Assembly: GCA_007693385.1 (NCBI GenBank)
Contig: REDR01000073.1
Coordinates: 372 to 64,371 of the forward strand
Direction of reading: 5' to 3'
DNA from: Anaerolineaceae bacterium
GTDB lineage: Bacteria > Chloroflexota > Anaerolineae > Aggregatilineales > Phototrophicaceae
DNA: 64,000 nucleotides
In this document: piece by piece, positions 17,987-26,529 of the stretch
Layout of the letters: each line of letters opens with the position of its first letter
Position numbering within the stretch: position 1 is the stretch's first letter
Notes under the pieces: model-generated
What the model saw: the letters and a program-made list of their open reading frames with translations, nothing else
Databases searched by the model: none
What the model was told of the DNA's origin: nothing
Position numbers and translations under genes: made by a program

Positions 17987-19345
17987 TTATGCTCCGTCTG
18001 CTGAGGCGCTGTCGGCGCTATCGGCGGAATCGCTGACCGGATCGCCGGATGCTTGAATCTCGTTGAGTACCTGCACGGCGGATAATTGCGCTTGTCGTGC
18101 GTAGTCGATGCCGTTGGCTAGCACCCGCGCCGCTTCTTGCGGGCTGTGGAAGCCGGTACTATTCTCCGATGAGATGAAATCCCAGCGCAAGCTGGCGGCA
18201 CGATGGAAAGCGCGGGCTTCTTCTAGCTGTTCGTCGGTTGCGCCGGCGTCGATGGCGGCTACAATGGCGTCGATGGCGTCAATGATGGCGTCCTCCGTGT
18301 CGCGTAGTAGACCGGCGGTTGCGTGCTGAATCGTCAGAATACGGTCTTCAAGCTCGGACTCGGGGATATTGTGGCACGTCTGGCAGGCATGGTTCAGGTT
18401 ATGTAGCGGGCTACGAAGCCAGTGGTCGGAAATCTTCATGCCACCTTCGCGGATGTAGGGCATGTGGCAATCGGCGCAGGAAACGCCGGAACGCGCATGA
18501 ATACCCGTCGATGACAACTCGAACTCCGGATGCTGAATTTTAATCATCGGAGCGCCAGTCTCGGCATGTGTCCAGTCCGTGAAGCCGTACATATCAAAGT
18601 GCGCTTCGATGTCGTCCACCGTCAGGCCCTGGCTCCACGGGAACGTCAGGATTTGATCTTCGCCCAAAAAGTAATATTCGACATGACACTGGGCGCAAAC
18701 ATAACTACGCATTTCCTGTCGTGTCGCCTGCTCTACATCAATGCCCATCATCGCCAACCCTTCAATGAGCGCCGGACGGGTGATGCGTAGCGCCATCGTT
18801 TGCGGATCGTGGCAATCGGCGCAGGAAGTACCGAAGTGCAATTGATCGGCTATTTCCAGATATGGCGTGCGGTTGAACTCCGCCCATCCCATCTCGTTGA
18901 TGAGAAGCGGCGCTTCGGCGGCGTGACAATTCACACAGGCGGCGGGCTGATTGACGACCTGCACGCGCTCGGTATTGCGCTGGTCGATCTGCGCGTAATA
19001 GTGGCCGCGTTCTTCGTTGTGGTCGATGGCGAAGGCATAACCCGCCCATAGGCGCACCATCGCCGGATAAGCCTCTAGCTTGTCGTAAGGTTCTGAGCCG
19101 CCGTAAGGTGTGCGCATCCCGTCGATTTGTGTCATCATGAAGCGGTCATAGTGTACCGGAAAATTAATGCCCCACACGGCGGGATCAATCTCGTCGTCGG
19201 CAATTTCTATCAGGCGCAACGGGTACTGGTCGGCTTCCCGTTGACGGTCACTGATATTCATGAGCAGTGCGGTCACACCGACTGTTAAAACGATGGCAAC
19301 CACCAACACCGCGCCGTATAAAGCGATTATTTTTTTATCCATCAT
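17987..19345 (-). CDS. nrfA: pentaheme cytochrome c nitrite reductase (ammonia-forming) NrfA
   Basis: Five CxxCH motifs (CVNCH, CADCH, CAQCH, CADCH, CQTCH) including the NrfA-typical YVCAQCHVEYYF. The start was moved to the ATGATG at 19345, which is preceded by GAGGGAG. N-terminal TM/signal helix. Confidence 0.9.
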   Translation of the reverse strand: MMDKKIIALYGAVLVVAIVLTVGVTALLMNISDRQREADQYPLRLIEIADDEIDPAVWGINFPVHYDRFMMTQIDGMRTPYGGSEPYDKLEAYPAMVRLWAGYAFAIDHNEERGHYYAQIDQRNTERVQVVNQPAACVNCHAAEAPLLINEMGWAEFNRTPYLEIADQLHFGTSCADCHDPQTMALRITRPALIEGLAMMGIDVEQATRQEMRSYVCAQCHVEYYFLGEDQILTFPWSQGLTVDDIEAHFDMYGFTDWTHAETGAPMIKIQHPEFELSSTGIHARSGVSCADCHMPYIREGGMKISDHWLRSPLHNLNHACQTCHNIPESELEDRILTIQHATAGLLRDTEDAIIDAIDAIVAAIDAGATDEQLEEARAFHRAASLRWDFISSENSTGFHSPQEAARVLANGIDYARQAQLSAVQVLNEIQASGDPVSDSADSADSASADGA

Positions 19346-19367
19346 AAAAATCTCCCTCATTAAAAAT

Positions 19368-19868
19368 CTAGTTGCGCGTGTCATGACCTACGCCGCTATG
19401 ACACGCGACGCAAGACATCGTTTCCTCAAAATGACTAATCATCTGGTGAACAGCTGTTTCATGGCAACTGACACAGCTATTTTGCACGACGCGGGCATTG
19501 AAATCATTGATGCGGATGGGTTCGTGGAAACCGCCAAGCGTGAAGGCGACGCTGTGATTCCAGCCGTTCAGCCCCTTCACAAACCACTTCTCGACAAAGC
19601 CGTTCGGCGTGTGGCAATCGTTGCATGTCGCAACCCGCGCATGGCTCGAATGCGTCCACGCCTCGAACTGATCGCGCATGACATGGCAATTCACGCACGT
19701 TAGCGGATTGTCGGAGAAGTATGACGTGCCTTTTCCGTAGTTGAATGTGAAAAGTCCCAGCCCGATGGCAACACCAAATAGAGCGACGATGACGAGGCCG
19801 GGCGCGTGTCCTTTGAGCGCTAAGCCCTTGAGTAATTTCGTCAATTTAATCCCCCTTTTATCGTGCAT
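19368..19868 (-). CDS. nrfH: tetraheme NapC/NirT-family quinol dehydrogenase NrfH
   Basis: N-terminal TM helix and four CxxCH motifs (CVNCH, CNDCH, CVSCH, CVACH). Lies directly upstream of nrfA. Confidence 0.9.
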   Translation of the reverse strand: MHDKRGIKLTKLLKGLALKGHAPGLVIVALFGVAIGLGLFTFNYGKGTSYFSDNPLTCVNCHVMRDQFEAWTHSSHARVATCNDCHTPNGFVEKWFVKGLNGWNHSVAFTLGGFHEPIRINDFNARVVQNSCVSCHETAVHQMISHFEETMSCVACHSGVGHDTRN

Positions 19869-20077
19869 TCATGCTACACCAAAACAGTATCCAAAGCAAC
19901 ATTTGGGGGTGTCTCAGGTCGTCGGCTGTGTTGCCGTGTCCGGCATAGATGGCTGACGAATGCGCTGAATTGCTTTGTCGTTCGCTTGATAATAGATATA
20001 ATAAAGGCTATGGGTTTCACCACCACTGACACCGCCTTTCCTGAACCCGAAATTTTGCTATAGATTAGGAGATGCGT

Positions 20078-22090
20078 ATGTCCAGACGTGTTGTGTTTGC
20101 CATTTTGTCGTGCCTGTTCCTGTTCTCGCTTCCCATCGGCTCTCTGCTGGCGCAGGACGATCAACCGGATGATCCTTTACCCGAACCTACGCAAAATTAC
20201 GCCTTTATCTTCGACGCTTCCGGCTCGATGCGTGCCGGATTAGCCGGACGCACCCGCTTAGCTGTCGCGCAGGATGTGATGGTCCAGCTTAGCGCGGAAC
20301 TTGCCCCCAACGTCAACGCCAGCCTATGGGTATACGGTCATCGGCTACCGCAGGACGATGTAGCCGCTTCCTGCCGCGATATTGAGGAGGTCATCCCGCT
20401 TAGTCCGGTGGATGTCGCGGAATTTGAGCGCGTCGTCCGCAACATTCAGGCCATCGGCTACACGCCGATTACGGATTCGCTGGCACAGGCGGCGGCATCC
20501 TTGCCGATTGATGGTGATAACACCATCATCCTGATCTCCGATGGTGAGGAGACATGCGCGGGTGATCCGTGCGCGATGGCACGAGAACTGGCCGCACGTG
20601 ATGCGAACCTGCTGGTGAACACCATCGGCTTCGTCGTCAATGAATTCACGCGCCAGCAGTTAGAGTGCATCGCGGAAGTGACCGGCGGCGTTTATCTGGA
20701 TGCGCCCGGCCCTGATGAACTAACGGACGCTCTGCGTGAAGTGACACAGCCGCCCGGCATCGTCCGCATTGTCGATCAAGATGGCGCGTTCCTGCCGGAC
20801 GTGCCGTTTTCGGTAGACCATACCGCAGGGGGGAGAGTCGGCAACTTTAGCGGTAGCGCCACGTTACCGGCTGGTGATTATGTCGTTAATGTGATGACCG
20901 ATCCGGCGATGACGCAGACCGTCACCGTTACCCCCAACGAGACGGTATCCGTTCCCGTGCAGGTCGTTCAGTTAGGGGTGATTGCGCTGGTGAACGCGGA
21001 CGGCGAACGCATCAACGATCAGGCATACAACGTCACCAGCGCGACGGGCGAGTTCTTCGGCCAGCGCACCGGAGCGTTTACGTTACCGGCGGGCGATTAT
21101 GACGTTGAAGTGCGAGTGCGGGTCGGCATCGAGCGCACAGACCGCGCCCTGATGGAGCGCGTCACCGTCCGGCCTGACGAAGTGACCGAAGTGCTGGTCG
21201 ATTTTCCATCCGGCATGATTCGCATTGTCGATGACGCCGGCGAGCCGATCACCGGTTTTGTGACGAGCATCATCCGACAGGATACCGGCGAATTTTTGTA
21301 TTCCAATCGTAATGCGGAATTTGTCGTCTTGCCCGGCGAGTATGACGTGATCATATATGACGTATTCACACCGCTTAACGTTAGCCTGACAGTGGAAGCG
21401 GACGGCGTTTCGGATATTGTCATTGAGACGCGGCGCGGCGACATCGTGCCGCTAGACGAAGACGGCCAACCGACGGAGGCGACCTTCCAGATCAGCGACG
21501 CTGAAACCGGCGCTCTCCTGCACTTTGACCGCCGCGATGTGTTCGCGGTGCCGCCCGGTACATACAACATCAGCATTCGAGAGTTCGGCGGCTACGACAC
21601 GCAGGTTACTGTAGAGGCGGGCGGACGGGTGACTGTGCCTGTCGTCATGGAAGGCGGTATCATTCAGCCAGTGGACGGCGACGACAACCCGATAGCGGCC
21701 ACGCTTGAGATTATCGACACAACGACGGAAACCGTGTTGCACTACACCCTCAGCGATGAATTCGCGGTGCCGCCCGGCACATATACCGTCACCATCCGCA
21801 CACAGGGCTTCATCGCCAGTAGCACAACGGAAGTCACTATCGCCAGTGGCGAAACGGTGCAAATACCGATTCTGGAAGGCTTCATCGTGCCGGTAGATGC
21901 CGACGGCAACCCGATAGAGGCGACATTGCAAATAACGGATTTGTCCGCCGGTCAGGATGTACACTTTGAGCGTGCCGCCGAGTTCGCCGTGCCGCCGGGG
22001 ACGTATGATGTCACGCCATACGACGGCGAGCGCTACACGGTGCAGATCGAGATCGCGGCGGATGAAATCGTGGAGATTGAGATTCGTTAG
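20078..22090 (+). CDS. secreted von Willebrand factor A domain protein with six C-terminal beta-sandwich repeats
   Basis: Signal peptide. MIDAS DASGSM with later SDGEE. Repeats carry the recurring (T/F)(L/A)(V)P(A/P)G(D/T)Y motif. The second ATG was chosen because AGGAG abuts the first one (20072). Confidence 0.8.
   Translation: MSRRVVFAILSCLFLFSLPIGSLLAQDDQPDDPLPEPTQNYAFIFDASGSMRAGLAGRTRLAVAQDVMVQLSAELAPNVNASLWVYGHRLPQDDVAASCRDIEEVIPLSPVDVAEFERVVRNIQAIGYTPITDSLAQAAASLPIDGDNTIILISDGEETCAGDPCAMARELAARDANLLVNTIGFVVNEFTRQQLECIAEVTGGVYLDAPGPDELTDALREVTQPPGIVRIVDQDGAFLPDVPFSVDHTAGGRVGNFSGSATLPAGDYVVNVMTDPAMTQTVTVTPNETVSVPVQVVQLGVIALVNADGERINDQAYNVTSATGEFFGQRTGAFTLPAGDYDVEVRVRVGIERTDRALMERVTVRPDEVTEVLVDFPSGMIRIVDDAGEPITGFVTSIIRQDTGEFLYSNRNAEFVVLPGEYDVIIYDVFTPLNVSLTVEADGVSDIVIETRRGDIVPLDEDGQPTEATFQISDAETGALLHFDRRDVFAVPPGTYNISIREFGGYDTQVTVEAGGRVTVPVVMEGGIIQPVDGDDNPIAATLEIIDTTTETVLHYTLSDEFAVPPGTYTVTIRTQGFIASSTTEVTIASGETVQIPILEGFIVPVDADGNPIEATLQITDLSAGQDVHFERAAEFAVPPGTYDVTPYDGERYTVQIEIAADEIVEIEIR
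20744..22087 (+). repeat. six tandem ~70-75-codon intragenic repeats (beta-sandwich-like) in the VWA protein
   Basis: The recurring pattern G.I..VD.DG.P...............F.(L/V)P(A/P)G.Y.V.......... is visible in the translation. The repeats are divergent at the DNA level. Confidence 0.7.
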
Positions 22091-22102
22091 AAGATCACAC
22101 AC

Positions 22103-22151
22103 AGGGCTGATGATTGAACCGCCACAATAGCAGGCTTTGTCTATCAGCCCT
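22103..22151 (+). terminator. possible stem-loop after the VWA gene
   Basis: AGGGCTGAT (22103-11) pairs with ATCAGCCCT (22143-51), but the loop is 31 nt and there is no T tract. Confidence 0.25.
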
Positions 22152-22189
22152 CTGCATGAATGTTGATGCGTTGGCAATATGACGGGCGG

Positions 22190-22300
22190 GGCGTAGCACG
22201 CTACGCCGCTACAGATTTGCGTTTATAGATTGTAGGGGTGCAATGGATTGCGCCCGATTTATCGCGCCCACGCTGAATTGCGCCCACGCTGGATTGCGCT
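22190..22300. repeat. REP-like GC-rich hairpins plus a 16-nt tandem direct repeat in an intergenic region
   Basis: GGCGTAGC-AC-GCTACGCC (22190-22207), GGGTGCAAT-GG-ATTGCGCCC (about 22236-22255), and CGCCCACGCTG(A/G)ATTG repeated at 22265-22280 and 22281-22296. Confidence 0.5.
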
Positions 22301-22492
22301 ATTTGCCATGTCGCCAGCATGAAATATGCGCGCTACTCCCTGCTAGCCGCTTCGCAGTGATACCCCGAAATTTTACGCAAAATTGTTGCACCCATTCTGG
22401 TATATGGCATTATAAAAACGATCAGGTTACAATCCGCCCCATCTCAATTTACTTTTTTGAACAAAACACCATTTTGAAAGAGAGTTCAACTT

Positions 22493-25030
22493 ATGAGACG
22501 TTTTTTTGTGGCGATAATTACAGTTTGCTTTTTACTGGTCAACACGGTGAGCGCACAGGTCGGACCGAATCCGCCCCATGATGGCGAATTCGATGTGGTC
22601 GGCCTGAACGATACCGTCGAGATTCTGCGCGATGAATGGGGCGTGCCCCATATCTACGCCTCTAATGTGTACGATCTGTTTTTTGCACAGGGCTATACAC
22701 AGGCGATGGATCGCTGGTGGCAGATGGAATTCGCGCGGGCGACATCCGGCGGGCGGATTCAGGAGCTAACAGGGTATAATCCGGCTCTGATGGGCACGGA
22801 TGCGTACCTGCGGACGCTAGGCTTACATTACGTTGCTGAGCAAGAGTATAACGAAGTTTATAGTGACGAGATGCGTTTCATCCTCGACGCATTCACTGAT
22901 GGCGTGAACGCTTATATCTTCGGCGTGGATGAGCTGAACGATCTCGCTTATGAATATCGGGTACTGGGTATCACCGGCGTGCAGGTTGAGCTAGCGCCGT
23001 GGACGCCCGTCGATACATTGGCGTGGGGCAAGATCATGGCGCTTCAGTTGGGCGGCAATCAAGGTTTCGAGCAGTTATTTTCCCGACTGGTCGCCGACTT
23101 AGACCCGGAACTACTCGAAGATTACTATGTGCAATGGCCGTTCGGTGAGAAACCGACGATCCTTTTCCCCGAAGATTTACCGATTACCGGGCAGACGCTA
23201 TCCACCGCACAGCTAGAGATCGGCTCTGCGGGCATCGCCGGAATAGAAACTGCGTGGATCGGCGGCTTTGAGATCGCGCAGTTAGACGATTTTCTATTCG
23301 GACACGGCGTTGGCATCGGCAGTAATAACTGGGTGGCGCATGGCGCCATCACCGAAACCGGCGCTCCGTTGATGGCGAATGATATGCACCTGAGTCTGGA
23401 TATGCCGTCTATCTGGTACGAGATCGGCTTGCATTGCCAGCCAGTTAGTGATGAATGTCCTTATCAAATGGCTGGCTTTACGTTTCCGGCGTCACCGCTC
23501 GTCGTCGCCGGTCACAATGATAACATCTCGTGGGCGTTGACCAATGTCGGCCCGGATACGCAAGACCTGTATCAGATCGTGGTGAACCCTGAAGATGATT
23601 TGCAGTACGAATGGGATGGCGAATGGCGCGATATGACCGTTCGTGATGAAACATTATCTTTCGGCGATGGTACAGACCCGATAGATTTTCAGGTTCGCCA
23701 TACACATCTGGGGCCGATCATCAACGATGATCTGGATGGCTTCAACAACGATAATCCGCTAGCTTTGCGCTGGACGGCGCATGAACCCGGCGAGCTTTTC
23801 GCAACATTTGAAGGGTTGGCACGCGCCGAAAACTGGGACGACTTCCGCGATGCGCTACGCTTTTTCGATAGCCCATCACAGAATATGATCTACGCTGACA
23901 CACAGGGCAATATCGGCTATCAAACGCCCGGAAAAATCCCGATCCGTGCGCCGGAACACACCGGCCTGTTGCCGGTGCCCGGCAATACCAGCGCGTTTGA
24001 ATGGCTGGGCTATATCCCGTTTGATAACTTGCCGCGCATCTATAACCCCGCACGCGGCTTCATCGCCACAGCGAATCAAGCGCTGGTGCCGCTAGAATAC
24101 TATGACCAGCTAGCGGATGAACTGGGCGACGAATTCGGCGTAGATGCGAACTATGTCATCAGCCACAATTGGGCTTATGGCTATCGCGGTGATCGCATCG
24201 TGAATTTGTTGGAGGAGATGCAACCGCACAGCGCCGCGACTTTCGCACAGATGCACGCGGACAATTACGACGGTTCCGCCGCCGAGATTCTGCCGTTCTT
24301 CGCGGAGCTAGAAATTGACGATTCCGCGCTAGCAGAAATCCGCGATTGGTTGCTGGATTGGGATTATCACTACGATATTGACAGCCCGCACGCCGCGCTC
24401 TACGCGCATTTATGGGTGCGCCTTGTGGACAACATCTATAATGACGAGTTGGGCGCGATTGGCCTCAGCGCAAGCGGCACCGGTCAAGTATATCTAGCGA
24501 CGTATCGCCTGATGCAAGAACCGACAAACGCATGGTGGAACAACATCAACACGGCAGAGACGGAAACCCGCGACGACATCCTGTTGCTCTCGCTGGCCGA
24601 AGCGTATGAGCAGGTCGCCGAAATGTTGGGCGATGATCCCGATGAATGGCAGTGGGGCGATTTGCATACAATCACGTTTGTCAGCAATCCGCTAGGCTTA
24701 AGCGGCGTATCGCCCATCGAGAATCAGGTTAATCGCGGTGCTTTCACCATGTCGGGCACGAATACCGCCATCAATGCGACGAGTTGGTCGCCGGGCTCTG
24801 CTGATTTCACGGTGCGGGCTGGCCCGTCCCAGCGTGCGATCTACGACCTGAGCGACTGGGATAACAGCCTGACTATGCACACCACCGGCCAGAGCGGAAA
24901 TCCGGCCAGCATTCACTATGATGACATGATCGACTCGTGGCGCTTCGTGGAATATCGCCCGATGCCGTGGACGCGGGAAGCGGTGGAGCAGGCGACTGTT
25001 AACACGCTGATCCTGAATCCGGCTGATTAA
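22493..25030 (+). CDS. penicillin acylase family protein (Ntn hydrolase, peptidase S45; possibly acyl-homoserine-lactone/beta-lactam acylase)
   Basis: 845 aa with a signal peptide. WGVPHIYA near the N-terminus and the autoprocessing/nucleophile site GIGSNNWV. Confidence 0.85.
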   Translation: MRRFFVAIITVCFLLVNTVSAQVGPNPPHDGEFDVVGLNDTVEILRDEWGVPHIYASNVYDLFFAQGYTQAMDRWWQMEFARATSGGRIQELTGYNPALMGTDAYLRTLGLHYVAEQEYNEVYSDEMRFILDAFTDGVNAYIFGVDELNDLAYEYRVLGITGVQVELAPWTPVDTLAWGKIMALQLGGNQGFEQLFSRLVADLDPELLEDYYVQWPFGEKPTILFPEDLPITGQTLSTAQLEIGSAGIAGIETAWIGGFEIAQLDDFLFGHGVGIGSNNWVAHGAITETGAPLMANDMHLSLDMPSIWYEIGLHCQPVSDECPYQMAGFTFPASPLVVAGHNDNISWALTNVGPDTQDLYQIVVNPEDDLQYEWDGEWRDMTVRDETLSFGDGTDPIDFQVRHTHLGPIINDDLDGFNNDNPLALRWTAHEPGELFATFEGLARAENWDDFRDALRFFDSPSQNMIYADTQGNIGYQTPGKIPIRAPEHTGLLPVPGNTSAFEWLGYIPFDNLPRIYNPARGFIATANQALVPLEYYDQLADELGDEFGVDANYVISHNWAYGYRGDRIVNLLEEMQPHSAATFAQMHADNYDGSAAEILPFFAELEIDDSALAEIRDWLLDWDYHYDIDSPHAALYAHLWVRLVDNIYNDELGAIGLSASGTGQVYLATYRLMQEPTNAWWNNINTAETETRDDILLLSLAEAYEQVAEMLGDDPDEWQWGDLHTITFVSNPLGLSGVSPIENQVNRGAFTMSGTNTAINATSWSPGSADFTVRAGPSQRAIYDLSDWDNSLTMHTTGQSGNPASIHYDDMIDSWRFVEYRPMPWTREAVEQATVNTLILNPAD

Positions 25031-25044
25031 TCGAGTCCCTATAG

Positions 25045-25082
25045 CGATAGATGCGGCGGCTTTCACAGCGCCGCATCTATCG
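25045..25082. terminator. bidirectional terminator hairpin (14-bp perfect stem)
   Basis: CGATAGATGCGGCG-10 nt-CGCCGCATCTATCG, between the convergent acylase and COG0523 genes. Confidence 0.7.
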
Positions 25083-25133
25083 ATTCAGCAGATGCCATAG
25101 CCGCCGAAGAAATGGCGACAACAGCAAGCCGTG

Positions 25134-26324
25134 TTAATCTTCCCAGTCCCACGACGGGAACGGATCGCCGTAAGTTGCCCATGCCGACACACCGGCGGCC
25201 ATTTCGTCGTCGGTCAGCAGGCAGGCGTCCAGTCTGGGGCGCAACGCCGCCTCATCCAGATCGACGCCGATGAAAACCAATTCTTGCCGCCGGTCACCGT
25301 GTTCGCCCTGCATCATCGCTGTGATGCTCTCGCGCATGTCGTCAGGGATTTCATCGTGTTCGGCATCCGCCCACCATGTCCCCGCCGGTTCAATGCCGAT
25401 GATCTGCCCGGCTTGCGACCACATCCCGGCCATATCGTAGCGCGTCGCCAGCCAGCAGATGCCCTTGGAGCGCACCACGCCGGTCAGCAGATTGGCTTCG
25501 GTGATGGCGCGGTAGAGCCGTGCCGGATGAAATGGGCGGCGCTGACGGTAGGCGAAACTGCCGATGCCGTATTCTTCCGTTTCCGGCGTGTGGATTTCAC
25601 CGGATAGCCACTCGTCGAAGCTGGCCGCCGCGTCGAAATCAAAGCGTCCGGTATTCAGCACTTCGGTCATCGGAACGCGCCCGAATTGCGTCGGGATCAG
25701 TTTGGCGCGGGGGTTCATGCGCCGCAGTAGCGCGGTGATTCTTGCTATCTGCGCCTCATCAACCAGATCGACCTTGTTCAGCAAGATCACGTCGGCGAAT
25801 TCGATCTGATCGACCATCAGATCAACGATGGTGCGCTCGTCGTCATGATATGTCGCCATGTCGCGGTCAAGCAAGGTATCGAGCGTGTCCAGTTCGCGCA
25901 GGACATTCTTGGCGTCGATCACCGTCACCATCGTGTCCAACTGCGCCACATCGCCCAGACTGCTCCCGTCTTCCAGCGCGAAGGTGAACGTCTCGGCCAC
26001 CGGCAACGGCTCGGAAATGCCGGTTGATTCGATCAGCAGATAATCGAAGCGTCCTTCACGCGCCAGCCGCGTCACTTCTTGTAGGAGGTCATCGCGCAAT
26101 GTACAGCAGATACAGCCGTTGGTCATCTCGACCAGCGTTTCATCGGTTCGGCTGAGTTGTGCGCCGCCGTCGCGCACCAGTGAGGCGTCGATGTTGATTT
26201 CGCTCATGTCGTTGACGATGACGGCGACGCGCATCCCCTCGCGGTTATGCAGGATGTGGTTCAGCAGGGTGGTCTTGCCCGCGCCCAGAAAGCCGGATAG
26301 TACCGTGACGGGTAATCTTTGCAT
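25134..26324 (-). CDS. COG0523-family G3E GTPase metallochaperone (CobW/ZigA/YeiR-like)
   Basis: P-loop [12 protein letters not shown], metal-binding GCICCTL, and a CobW C-terminal domain. Confidence 0.9.
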   Translation of the reverse strand: MQRLPVTVLSGFLGAGKTTLLNHILHNREGMRVAVIVNDMSEINIDASLVRDGGAQLSRTDETLVEMTNGCICCTLRDDLLQEVTRLAREGRFDYLLIESTGISEPLPVAETFTFALEDGSSLGDVAQLDTMVTVIDAKNVLRELDTLDTLLDRDMATYHDDERTIVDLMVDQIEFADVILLNKVDLVDEAQIARITALLRRMNPRAKLIPTQFGRVPMTEVLNTGRFDFDAAASFDEWLSGEIHTPETEEYGIGSFAYRQRRPFHPARLYRAITEANLLTGVVRSKGICWLATRYDMAGMWSQAGQIIGIEPAGTWWADAEHDEIPDDMRESITAMMQGEHGDRRQELVFIGVDLDEAALRPRLDACLLTDDEMAAGVSAWATYGDPFPSWDWED

Positions 26325-26529
26325 GTTGGTTGGTTTCCTCTCGTATTGAACAGACCATGCTATTTTAACTGATACGGCGTATCATCTAAAGCGTCAAGTG
26401 TCGGGGGTGTTCACACACGCGCACGTTAATTCTTGTTTTGTCGGGCGATCATCAGACGTTAAAGTTACCTTGCTACGCTTGATTGGACTCATTGCAAAAT
26501 TAAACCGACAGGATAAGGATTAACTGCTT

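Noticed and set aside
19986-19999. FNR/CRP-type box (TTGAT-N4-ATCAA) upstream of nrfH
   Set aside because: Only the left half-site matches (TTGATAATAGATAT); the right half is not ATCAA.
22251-22300. Possible CRISPR-like direct repeats
   Set aside because: There are only two and a quarter copies of a 16-nt unit with no spacers, and no cas genes occur in the window.
22243-22581. 112-aa ORF across the intergenic REP-like repeats, running into the acylase gene
   Set aside because: Its translation is repeat-derived (ARFIAP-type peptide). There is no RBS, and it overlaps the well-supported signal-peptide start of the acylase at 22493.
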